Positions 17,763 to 25,683 of a stretch of DNA of 64,000 bases are shown one piece after another. The DNA is from Patescibacteria group bacterium (GTDB lineage Bacteria; Patescibacteriota; Patescibacteriia; 2-12-FULL-57-11): positions 786,893-850,892 of the forward strand of contig SCUL01000002.1 in the NCBI GenBank assembly GCA_004297205.1. Direction: 5' to 3'. The notes beneath the pieces were generated by a model that searched no databases, was not told the DNA's origin, and saw only the letters and a list, made by a program, of their open reading frames with translations. A program made the position numbers and the translations under genes. How positions within the stretch are numbered: the stretch's first letter is position 1; every line of letters starts with the position of its first letter.

Positions 17763-19565
17763 ATGCCCGCCCAGAAACAACAGTTCCCCATCGACACCGT
17801 CCGCCATTCGACCGCCCACCTTCTGGCCGCCGCGGTCAGCGATCTCTACCCCGGCACCAAGCTCGGCGTCGGCCCGGTCATCGAAAACGGCTTTTTTTAC
17901 GATCTCCAGACGCCCCAGCCGATCACGGTCAATGACCTGCCGAAGATCGAAAAGCGCATGCGCAAAATCGCCGAGCGCAGCGAAGCCTACGCGCGCGAGA
18001 ATATGCCGCTTGACCAGGCCATCTCCTTCTTCAAGGACATGGGCCAGAATTTCAAGGTGGAACTGCTGACCGACCTCAAGGAGAAGGGGACGACCAAGAT
18101 CAACGCGGAAGAGCAGCAGGACGTCGACGCGGCACGTCCTGACGTGGCCTCGGTCTACCGCACCGGGAAGTTCGTGGACCTGTGCCGCGGGCCGCACGTG
18201 GCCACCACGCGCGACCTCGGCGCCTTCAAGCTGACCAAGGTCTCCGGCGCCTATTGGCGCGGCAACGACAAAAATCCGCAGCTGACCCGCATCTACGGGT
18301 TGGCCTTTGCCACGCAGGAAGAATTGGACGCGCACCTGAAGATGATGGAAGAGGCGGAGAAGCGCGACCACCGAAAACTCGGCAAGGAGCTTGAGCTCTT
18401 CACCGTCATCAACGAAATCGGCCTGGGGCTGCCGCTCTTCTACCCCAAGGGCGCGCTGCTGCGCCGGCTGGTGGAGAACTACATCATCTCCGAGCAGGAG
18501 AAGCGCGGCTACGTGCCGATTTGGATTCCGCACATCACGAAGGGCGAGCTCTACAAGATTTCGGGCCACCTCGACAAGTACGACGCCATGTACTCGCCCA
18601 TGAAAGTGGACGAGGACGACTACTACTTGAAGCCGATGAACTGCCCGCACTTCATGATGCTCTACCGGCAGACCCCGCATTCCTATCGGGAGCTGCCGAT
18701 GCGCTGGACGTGCACCACCACCAACTACCGCTACGAAAAGCACGGGGAACTCTCCGGGCTGACCCGCGTCCGCTCGCTGACCCAGGACGACTGCCACGTC
18801 TTCTGCATGCCGGACCAGATCGAGAAGGAGATCTCGGTCATGCTCGAGATGATCGGGAAAACCTACAAGGTATTCGGTTTCAAGGAGTTCTGGGTGCGTA
18901 TCTCCTTGCGCGATCCGGCCAACCCCAAGAACTACCTGGGCAGCGACGAGGTCTGGAACATGGCCGAAGGCGCGTTGCGCAAAGTCGTAAAAAAGACCGG
19001 CTGGAACCATAAGGAAGCCACGGGCGAGGCCGCCTTCTATGGTCCCAAGCTCGACTTCATGATGAGGGACGCCATCGGCCGCGAATGGCAGCTCTCCACG
19101 GTCCAGCTCGACTTCAACCTGCCGGAGCGTTTCGGGCTTGAATACGCCGGTGAGGACGGGGAGAAGCACCGCCCGGTCGTCATCCACCGCGCCATCCTCG
19201 GCTCGACGGAGCGTTTCCTCGGCATCATGATCGAGCACTACGCCGGCGCATTCCCGACGTGGCTGGCACCCGTCCAGGTGCAGATCGTGCCGGTCGGCAA
19301 AGCACACATCCGCCCGGGCAAGAAACTGGAGAAGCTGCTCACGGACGCCGGAATGCGCGCCCACTGCGACGACGCCAACGAATCCGTCGGCTACAAGATC
19401 CGCAAAGCGGAAAAAGCCAAGGTGCCGTATATGCTTGTGGTCGGCGACAAGGAGAAATCCCTCAAGAAACTCACTGTTCGCCGCCGCGGTGAAGAAAAGC
19501 AGAAGAGCATGGCGCTCAGTGCCTTCGTGAAGAAGGTCCAGAAAGAGATCGCCGGCTACAAGTAA
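17763..19565 (+). CDS. thrS: threonine--tRNA ligase, short form lacking the N-terminal TGS domain
   Basis: ~600 aa starting MPAQKQQFPIDTVRHSTAHLLAAAV (second-domain HxxxH motif); class II catalytic core and C-terminal anticodon-binding domain present. Confidence 0.85.
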   Translation: MPAQKQQFPIDTVRHSTAHLLAAAVSDLYPGTKLGVGPVIENGFFYDLQTPQPITVNDLPKIEKRMRKIAERSEAYARENMPLDQAISFFKDMGQNFKVELLTDLKEKGTTKINAEEQQDVDAARPDVASVYRTGKFVDLCRGPHVATTRDLGAFKLTKVSGAYWRGNDKNPQLTRIYGLAFATQEELDAHLKMMEEAEKRDHRKLGKELELFTVINEIGLGLPLFYPKGALLRRLVENYIISEQEKRGYVPIWIPHITKGELYKISGHLDKYDAMYSPMKVDEDDYYLKPMNCPHFMMLYRQTPHSYRELPMRWTCTTTNYRYEKHGELSGLTRVRSLTQDDCHVFCMPDQIEKEISVMLEMIGKTYKVFGFKEFWVRISLRDPANPKNYLGSDEVWNMAEGALRKVVKKTGWNHKEATGEAAFYGPKLDFMMRDAIGREWQLSTVQLDFNLPERFGLEYAGEDGEKHRPVVIHRAILGSTERFLGIMIEHYAGAFPTWLAPVQVQIVPVGKAHIRPGKKLEKLLTDAGMRAHCDDANESVGYKIRKAEKAKVPYMLVVGDKEKSLKKLTVRRRGEEKQKSMALSAFVKKVQKEIAGYK

Positions 19566-19586
19566 GAGACCCCCTCGGCCACGCAG

Positions 19587-19645
19587 CTCCCCCTTCGCAA
19601 GGGGGAGCATTACAAAACCCCCGCCATGGCGGGGGTTTTGTTTCG
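19587..19645. terminator. two adjacent hairpins between convergent thrS and the 640-aa gene: CTCCCCCTT-cgc-AAGGGGGAG, then AAAACCCCCGCC-atg-GCGGGGGTTTT followed by GTTTCG
   Basis: Perfect palindromes flanked by A/T runs on both sides, so usable on either strand. Confidence 0.65.
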
Positions 19646-19647
19646 CA

Positions 19648-21570
19648 TTATCGAGGTGGCTTGCTGCGCCCGATGCCGATGTAGCTGCTGGAGCTGCTCT
19701 TGCCTGCGCCGGCGCGGAAGATGCTGGCGCGATCACCCGTCGCCGGGGTCTCCATGATGTCGCGTACCATCTTGTCCATCTTCTGGAATTGGATGACTTC
19801 CTGGGAGGTCATGGTTTCTTTCGGCCTCGGCCCGCCGCCGAACAGCCGGCGGAAGAAACCGACCTTGGGCTGCGGCTTCATGGCCTCGGCCAGCCGCGCG
19901 TTGTCTTTCATCAACAGTTCCCAGTACATGGCGGAGAACTTGTCCATGTCCGCGCGCTCTTCGAAGGAGCGCTTGGGATCGCGTACGGCGGCGAGGCTGA
20001 ACGCCTCCATGAAATCGGTCTTGTTGGAGAAGTCGCGGGCGCTTTTGGCTTCGATGTTGCCGATCTCGGCCGCGGCCCGGTTCACGTCCATGTCAGGATA
20101 CAGCTCTTGGGCGCGTTCGCGGCGGGCGAGTTCCTCCGGTTTTTCTCCCTGTGCGAACCAAGCTTCCTCTTCACCCGGCTTCAGCTCGTTGCGCTCGCGG
20201 CGCAGCCGATCCTGTTCGGCGCGGACCTTGGCTTGGAGTTCGTCGATGCGCGCATTGACTCGTTCAACGGAACCCCGGCCAATTTCAGCGGCTTTGGCGG
20301 TTGCTTCGGCTCGGAAACGCGCTCTGAACTCTTCGTCGGTTTCCGCGACGGGTTCCACGGGCAGGTTCTCCGGCACGTTGGTGTCCGGCCCGGCTTCCAT
20401 GGCGCCGACCAACTCGTTGGCCTGGCGACGGGCGGTTTCCTCCGCGGTCGGCGGGGGAGGCAGGTTGCGCAACTCCTCGAGCGCGGCGGCTGTTTCGGTC
20501 GGCGCCTTACCGAGTTTGACTTTCTGTTCGTCCAGCCATGTGCGGAACTCCGCGGCGCTTTTTGCTTTCTCGCCCGCCTTGCTGCGGGCTTCGCTCTCGG
20601 CCAGGCCGGCGGCGATGATGGCGGCCATCTCCTGCTTCGCGCGGCGGCGCTCTTCGAGGCGGGCGCGGAATTCGGCCGCTGCCGTTTCTGCCGCCTCGAT
20701 GTTTGCTTTCTCTTTGACGGCCTTCCTGGTGCGCTCGATCAACTCGCGCTGCTTGGCCGCGGCGCGTTCAGCGCCCGCCGTTTCGTCTGAGACGTAGCGG
20801 TCCCACATCTTGCGGGCCTTGGAAATGTCTTTGACGCGGCTCTGGAAAGCATCCGCGCTCATGTCGCCCCGGCCGTAGCGGTCGAGTGCGTCCTCCACGG
20901 TTTGTACGGCACCGCGGATCAGCGACTCGCCGGCCTTGGGCAGCGCACCCGATTCGAGCGCCTGGCTGTAGGTATTTCGGAGGTCAACCAGCACCGCACG
21001 ATCCGTTTCCGCGGCCTCAAAACTTTCCCGTGCAGCCTCCCGGCCCTTGATGCGTGCCGCGCTGCTGCGCTTGAGGGTGCCCTTGGCAAGCAAACGGTCT
21101 TCTTTCTCCCACGGGACGTCTCCCTTGAGCGCGTGGACGCGCTGGCGCAGGCTGTCGATGCCGTTCGCCAGCGCGGCGCGGGCCTCTGGGTCGGTTTCCG
21201 TCTCCAACTGCTCGGCCGTCAGGTCGTACTGTTTCTGGAGGTCCTTGAGTTGCGTCTTCAGGTCGGACGGTTGTTCGCGCAGCCTTTCTGGAACGCGGAC
21301 GGTCTGGGTGGTCTCGCGCGGCATTTCCATGCGCGCGTAGTCCTCGGCGTGTTCGTCGATGAAGGCTTGGAGCGGGGCGATCTCCTCATCAATTTTTTTG
21401 AGTTCGGCAGCGGAAGCGCCTTCGCCTTCGAGCCGGGCGCGTTCGGCCTGCAACTCGAACATCCGGGCCGAGACGTCGCCAAGATAGGCCTCGTTGATTT
21501 CGGTGCTTTCCACTTTCTTCGGCTCCTGCTCCGCGGCGTTGCGCCGCATGTCCCGTGCCCCTTCAGCCAT
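19648..21570 (-). CDS. large hypothetical protein, highly charged (E/R/A/K-rich), predicted all-alpha/coiled-coil, no TM segment
   Basis: 640 aa; high GC3 codon bias; upstream on the minus strand a TATACT hexamer and SD-less leader; no domain recognised. Confidence 0.55.
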   Translation of the reverse strand: MAEGARDMRRNAAEQEPKKVESTEINEAYLGDVSARMFELQAERARLEGEGASAAELKKIDEEIAPLQAFIDEHAEDYARMEMPRETTQTVRVPERLREQPSDLKTQLKDLQKQYDLTAEQLETETDPEARAALANGIDSLRQRVHALKGDVPWEKEDRLLAKGTLKRSSAARIKGREAARESFEAAETDRAVLVDLRNTYSQALESGALPKAGESLIRGAVQTVEDALDRYGRGDMSADAFQSRVKDISKARKMWDRYVSDETAGAERAAAKQRELIERTRKAVKEKANIEAAETAAAEFRARLEERRRAKQEMAAIIAAGLAESEARSKAGEKAKSAAEFRTWLDEQKVKLGKAPTETAAALEELRNLPPPPTAEETARRQANELVGAMEAGPDTNVPENLPVEPVAETDEEFRARFRAEATAKAAEIGRGSVERVNARIDELQAKVRAEQDRLRRERNELKPGEEEAWFAQGEKPEELARRERAQELYPDMDVNRAAAEIGNIEAKSARDFSNKTDFMEAFSLAAVRDPKRSFEERADMDKFSAMYWELLMKDNARLAEAMKPQPKVGFFRRLFGGGPRPKETMTSQEVIQFQKMDKMVRDIMETPATGDRASIFRAGAGKSSSSSYIGIGRSKPPR

Positions 21571-21630
21571 AAAAAGCGTGGTAAAAGTCAGCGAAAGTAT
21601 ACCATATGATAAAAAAAAGAGCGTCCCCAG

Positions 21631-22089
21631 TCAGGAGGACGTCACCAGCGAGAATATCCGCTTGTGCCCGGCGCGCCGCGCGTAGGTCTCCTCCCGGCCG
21701 TCCGGCCAGCGGAGATGGACGCAATCCACGCAGTCGCTGCCGCCGCTGCGGCGTCGGATGCGTTCCTCGCCGGCCAGCGCGAGCGGGCTGACCGGTTCGA
21801 GCTTCAGGATACGGATGGTCTGCTGTCCGACCCTGCGCGCCGGGACGCCGCCGATGCGGCCCTCGACGCGGTAGGGGATGCCGACCTGCCGCCCCGCGGT
21901 CCGCCTCGTCCCAGGGGTGGTGCCCTGGAGACGGACGACGAGCTTCTGCAGCATCTCGTCCGGCGGCGGCGGCCGCAGGTCCCACGGGTCGCGGGCCTTG
22001 AGAAACAGGCAACGCGTCCATTCCAAGAACTTCACTTCGATGTCGAGCGATGCGTAGCCGCTGACCGGCGACGCCTGTGGTTCGGCCAT
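21631..22089 (-). CDS. hypothetical protein
   Basis: 152 aa; strong GC3 bias; preceded on the minus strand by TTGACA-N17-TATGCT and SD GGAGGGAGGAG; the overlapping same-strand ORF 21563..22021 is R/P/G-rich and judged spurious. Confidence 0.45.
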   Translation of the reverse strand: MAEPQASPVSGYASLDIEVKFLEWTRCLFLKARDPWDLRPPPPDEMLQKLVVRLQGTTPGTRRTAGRQVGIPYRVEGRIGGVPARRVGQQTIRILKLEPVSPLALAGEERIRRRSGGSDCVDCVHLRWPDGREETYARRAGHKRIFSLVTSS

Positions 22090-22118
22090 GGCTTTTCTTC
22101 TCCTCCCTCCGAACGCAG

Positions 22119-22148
22119 CAGCATACGCGCGACGTTCCGGCGTGTCAA
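22119..22148 (-). promoter_or_regulatory. sigma70-like promoter TTGACA-N17-TATGCT driving the minus-strand gene 21631..22089
   Basis: Reverse complement of 22119..22148 reads CTTGACAcgccggaacgtcgcgcgTATGCT, then the SD and ATG. Confidence 0.5.
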
Positions 22149-22162
22149 GCGCAGCGGTTTGA

Positions 22163-22191
22163 TTGACGAAAGGCCGATTTTTTGCTATGAT
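22163..22191 (+). promoter_or_regulatory. sigma70-like promoter TTGACG-N17-TATGAT driving the plus-strand gene at 22240 (divergent with the promoter above)
   Basis: TTGACG at 22163-22168, 17-bp spacer, TATGAT at 22186-22191; SD GGAGAAGGA lies before the ATG at 22240. Confidence 0.5.
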
Positions 22192-22239
22192 ACACCCTGT
22201 TCATAACAGATTGCGCCTATGCCCCCGCGTGGAGAAGGA

Positions 22240-22920
22240 ATGGGCTCGCCCATGAGCGAAGTGGAAAGCGAATTGGCCGATGTGCACAAGATGGAGAAGG
22301 AACGCGCCGAGGCGGTCCGTTCTCCGGAAGAGCGCGTCGCGGATGTTGTGGCGTTGTGGGGTCGGTCGGACCGCGAGCGCATGAATCCGGACGATCTGGC
22401 CAAGTCCCTTGTCCAGATGGATCGACTGGTCCGTGATATTGAATTGCTTTCCGAGTCGTCTCCCGAACAAGGCGCGACTTTGGCGCTTGCGGACAAGATC
22501 GCGAAAGACGTCGAGGGACGCGCGCAGAAGCGCGAAGTGAGCGAGCAGCGGGAGTGGATGCTGCGGCTGCAGACCGCCAAGGACATCCATGACCTCGCCG
22601 AGGGCATCAACGACGCCGAGCAGCTCACCTTCGAGGCCGTCCTCGAATCACAGAAGGCGCCGGAGCAGATCGGTCTTCAGATGCGCCTGGACATCGCCCG
22701 CTCCGCACAGCGCAGCTACGAGGCGCTGGCCGGACAGGTCTATGAGATGATCAAAGAGGGCAAGAACCTGCCTCAGGGCCATCGCACCCAGCTCATCGAG
22801 CAGGGCAAGCGCTTGGTCGGGCTCATCAAGCATGAGCAGCAGATCTCCGAGCTGGCGGAACGCAATTTCCTCGACAACCTCGAAGCGCAGGTCGCCAAAG
22901 CCGAACGTGAAGCCGCCTAA
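22240..22920 (+). CDS. hypothetical coiled-coil protein
   Basis: 226 aa acidic/helical; start chosen at the ATG with SD GGAGAAGGA (the track ORF begins at 22219). Confidence 0.5.
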   Translation: MGSPMSEVESELADVHKMEKERAEAVRSPEERVADVVALWGRSDRERMNPDDLAKSLVQMDRLVRDIELLSESSPEQGATLALADKIAKDVEGRAQKREVSEQREWMLRLQTAKDIHDLAEGINDAEQLTFEAVLESQKAPEQIGLQMRLDIARSAQRSYEALAGQVYEMIKEGKNLPQGHRTQLIEQGKRLVGLIKHEQQISELAERNFLDNLEAQVAKAEREAA

Positions 22921-22931
22921 TCAGGCAACGT

Positions 22932-22959
22932 AAAACCCCCCGCCATGGCGGGGGGTTTT
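22932..22959. terminator. palindromic terminator element AAAACCCCCCGCC-atg-GCGGGGGGTTTT, a second copy of the element at 19614
   Basis: Lies between convergent genes 22240..22920(+) and 22985..23344(-); near-identical to 19614..19639 apart from one extra C:G pair. Confidence 0.6.
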
Positions 22960-22984
22960 CTGATAAAAAACGAGCTGCCGGGGG

Positions 22985-23344
22985 TCAGGCAGCGACGCGG
23001 TAGATGGCGCGCGGTCCGCGCTCGAGCGTGGCCTCGGCGTTCGGCAGGCGGAGGATCACCTTGGTGATCGTGACGTCCCGCTTGGGGCCGAACCAACGCT
23101 CCTCCATGCGGGCCTGCATGCGGTCCGCGAGGACCAGGGTGCAGGTAACCTGGCCGGGGCCGACCATCCGGACCCGGTCGGTGCGGTAGCGGATGCCGTT
23201 CGGGAAGCCCTCGGTGACGATCAGGACTTCGGCAGTGGCGAGCCACTGCAGGTCGGGGGACTCTCCCCGCGGCGCGGCGAGGTAGAAGCACCTCTGTCCG
23301 AGCTGCAGGAAGACGTGTCCCACGTATTGCGGATTGATCAGCAC
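22985..23344 (-). CDS. hypothetical protein
   Basis: 119 aa; strong GC3 bias; no motif recognised. Confidence 0.45.
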   Translation of the reverse strand: MLINPQYVGHVFLQLGQRCFYLAAPRGESPDLQWLATAEVLIVTEGFPNGIRYRTDRVRMVGPGQVTCTLVLADRMQARMEERWFGPKRDVTITKVILRLPNAEATLERGPRAIYRVAA

Positions 23345-23367
23345 GATCCCTCCTTCTGGAGGGGAAC

Positions 23368-25146
23368 CTAGCTGGCTTTGTCGGCCCTGTCAAGGGCCGG
23401 GGACACGGCGGATTCTGCCGGCGGAAGGACGGTGACGCGGACCATCGGGTAGCGTTCCTGGTCGGCCATCTGGCGCAGCGCGCCTTCGGGATCTTTGGCG
23501 GCGGCCAGCGTGGCGTCGGCGCGCAGCTGGGCGTGCTCGGCCGGCAAGATTACGAATGCGTCGCCGAACTCGGCGGCGAAGGATTCACGTGCCGTCTGGT
23601 TGGCGCGCACCGGGCGCTCCAGGCCGCGCAGTTTCAGCGTCTCCTGGCCACGGCGGTTCATGGCGTCGTGCAGCGGCTCCAGATGCCCGTTACGCAGGCG
23701 ATAGACGAGGATGCCGTTGCCCAAGCGCCCGGAGATGCTGGCGGCGCGGGTTTCCAGGAGGCGCAGCCGTTCCTCCTCTGGGAGACGTTCTTTCAGGCGT
23801 TCGGCCAAGGTGTAGCGGGCGGGCCGGGACAGGCCGCGGAAGGCATCCGATGCCATGACGGCAGCCACGGACTCCTGCCGCTCGCGCAGCGCATCCTCGA
23901 GCGCCCCGATCGTGGCGCGTTCCTCGTCTCGAAGATCCGGTTCGCGCAGCCGGGCCAACAGGCCGGGGTCGCGGATGATCTGCTCTTTGGCCGCGGCTTC
24001 TGCCAGCAGCGCGCGTTCATCGGAAGCCAGCGGCGGCTCGCCCGTCTGGAGGATCTTCTCGACCCGGGCTTCGGCATTCTGCATGTTGCTGCGCAGCTCC
24101 TGGAGCAGACCGCGGACGGCAGCGAGTTCTTCCCGCTGCTGCGTGAGTTCTTCGACCACGGACCGGGCGTTTCCCCAGTCATGCTGGGAGGCTTTATGTT
24201 TGTAGAAATCGGTTTTCTCCGCCGCAGAATAAATCGGGAGACGAGCAATGCGTTGATAGACGTACCCTTCCGTTTTTTTGCCTTGGCGATGTTCCTTCTT
24301 GGACAGCCGGCGCATCTCCGTCACCGCATCCGGCGCCTGTTCTTTCTCGAACCGGGCCAGAAAGTCGGCCGCGCCGCGTTTGAGCGACATCAACAGGTCG
24401 TCTTGGCCGCCTTCCAGGAATTTCGCTGCTTCACCGCCTTTGAGGTAGCGGCCGGCGCGGTCCAAGAGCGGTTTCAAGCGTTCTTTGGACGTTTCGTAGT
24501 CCTTGCGCAGGCGCCGCTCTTCGTCGACGTACTTCCCCAGATAGCTTTTCCACTCCATTTCATCCGCGTTGAGGGTTTTTCTTCCGACCAGGGCTTCCGC
24601 CGTGTCCTTGTCCGCGCCGACGATTTCTTCCTCGGAGATCCGTTCCGGGATGACGGCCAGGGCCACGGAAGCGGGGAGTTCGAGCGCGGTTTCCCGGTCT
24701 CCGCGGGCGCGCAGATCGACGTCCCGCAGGAGGAGGTCCCTCTCGGCCAGGGCGTTTTCGCTGGCCGAGGCCAGCAGGTCTTCCGCGCGAGTTCGCCGCG
24801 GCCGGAAGATTTCGGCGCCGGCGTCCCCCGTGGAAACCGCTTCCCGGTCCATGGCCAGCGTTTTCAAGTCGTACTCGGCCACGGCAAAGATGTCGTTGGC
24901 AACATGCGCCGCCGCTTCTTCCGGGGCGTCCCGTCCGTCAACAAAGACAACGAGTCCGGTTTCCGGGTCGGTCCTGACCGCGAATTCCGGCGTGCCGGAG
25001 GCGCGATCCTCGATCTCGAAATAGCGCAGGGGATGACGCTTCGTTTCCACGCCGGACTCGCGGCGCTTGCCGACCGGCGTGCGCCTGTCGCTGCCTTCAG
25101 CTCGGGTTTCAGGAAAGATGTCTGCAAGCGGTCGGGCGCGTTCCAT
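23368..25146 (-). CDS. large hypothetical protein, charged/low-complexity; paralog of 25684..27807
   Basis: 593 aa from the internal ATG (MERARPLADIF...); the N-terminal block PETGLVVFVDGRDAPEEAAAHVANDIF resembles DSGTFIFVAGENAEPTAVEGIVDSAL of the downstream paralog. Confidence 0.55.
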   Translation of the reverse strand: MERARPLADIFPETRAEGSDRRTPVGKRRESGVETKRHPLRYFEIEDRASGTPEFAVRTDPETGLVVFVDGRDAPEEAAAHVANDIFAVAEYDLKTLAMDREAVSTGDAGAEIFRPRRTRAEDLLASASENALAERDLLLRDVDLRARGDRETALELPASVALAVIPERISEEEIVGADKDTAEALVGRKTLNADEMEWKSYLGKYVDEERRLRKDYETSKERLKPLLDRAGRYLKGGEAAKFLEGGQDDLLMSLKRGAADFLARFEKEQAPDAVTEMRRLSKKEHRQGKKTEGYVYQRIARLPIYSAAEKTDFYKHKASQHDWGNARSVVEELTQQREELAAVRGLLQELRSNMQNAEARVEKILQTGEPPLASDERALLAEAAAKEQIIRDPGLLARLREPDLRDEERATIGALEDALRERQESVAAVMASDAFRGLSRPARYTLAERLKERLPEEERLRLLETRAASISGRLGNGILVYRLRNGHLEPLHDAMNRRGQETLKLRGLERPVRANQTARESFAAEFGDAFVILPAEHAQLRADATLAAAKDPEGALRQMADQERYPMVRVTVLPPAESAVSPALDRADKAS

Positions 25147-25275
25147 ACCGCACAATTCTAGCAGGAACAGGCCATCTTGACAGGCGGGCGCAGAACGGCT
25201 AGGGTTGCCGGTCGGCAAGGAAGTGTGGAAATGGCCCGACTGCGCTACCATGTGCGCATGGAAAGGGGACGTCTC

Positions 25276-25659
25276 ATGTCGTTTTTCGCGCGACTTGTCG
25301 GCGCCGACAGCGGCATCGACGAGCACCCTTCGTGGCTTCTGCAGTGCCTGCACTACGCGCGCATCCGCAAGAACCCCGACGGATCGCTCCTCCTCATCGT
25401 CGAGGCCGACGACAAGATCGGCATGCACGGCACCTTCGCGCGGCTCCAGCCGCGCCTCGTCACCGCCGCCGGGGTCGAGATTCCGCTCACGGTCGTCGAG
25501 TACCTGCGCGACTGCGGCTTCCCGGTGCGCTGTACCGCGCGTCCGGCCGACGCCGTCACGTTCGACGCCGACGGCAAGGTCTCCGTCCAGAAGCTCCGCC
25601 TGAGCTTCAATGGCGTGACCAAGGACCTCGAGGTCACCAACGCGAAAGAGGGCTCCTGA
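25276..25659 (+). CDS. hypothetical protein
   Basis: 128 aa starting MSFFARLV... 7 nt after SD AAAGGGGA; divergent from the 593-aa gene; TTGACA at ~25166 upstream. Confidence 0.45.
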   Translation: MSFFARLVGADSGIDEHPSWLLQCLHYARIRKNPDGSLLLIVEADDKIGMHGTFARLQPRLVTAAGVEIPLTVVEYLRDCGFPVRCTARPADAVTFDADGKVSVQKLRLSFNGVTKDLEVTNAKEGS

Positions 25660-25683
25660 CGTGCAGGTCGCCCTCGTTTTTTA

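Noticed and set aside
21563-22021. Alternative 152-aa minus-strand ORF overlapping 21631..22089
   Set aside because: Its translation is R/P/G/A-rich with poor codon periodicity. The other frame has a clean GC3 bias plus promoter and SD signals.
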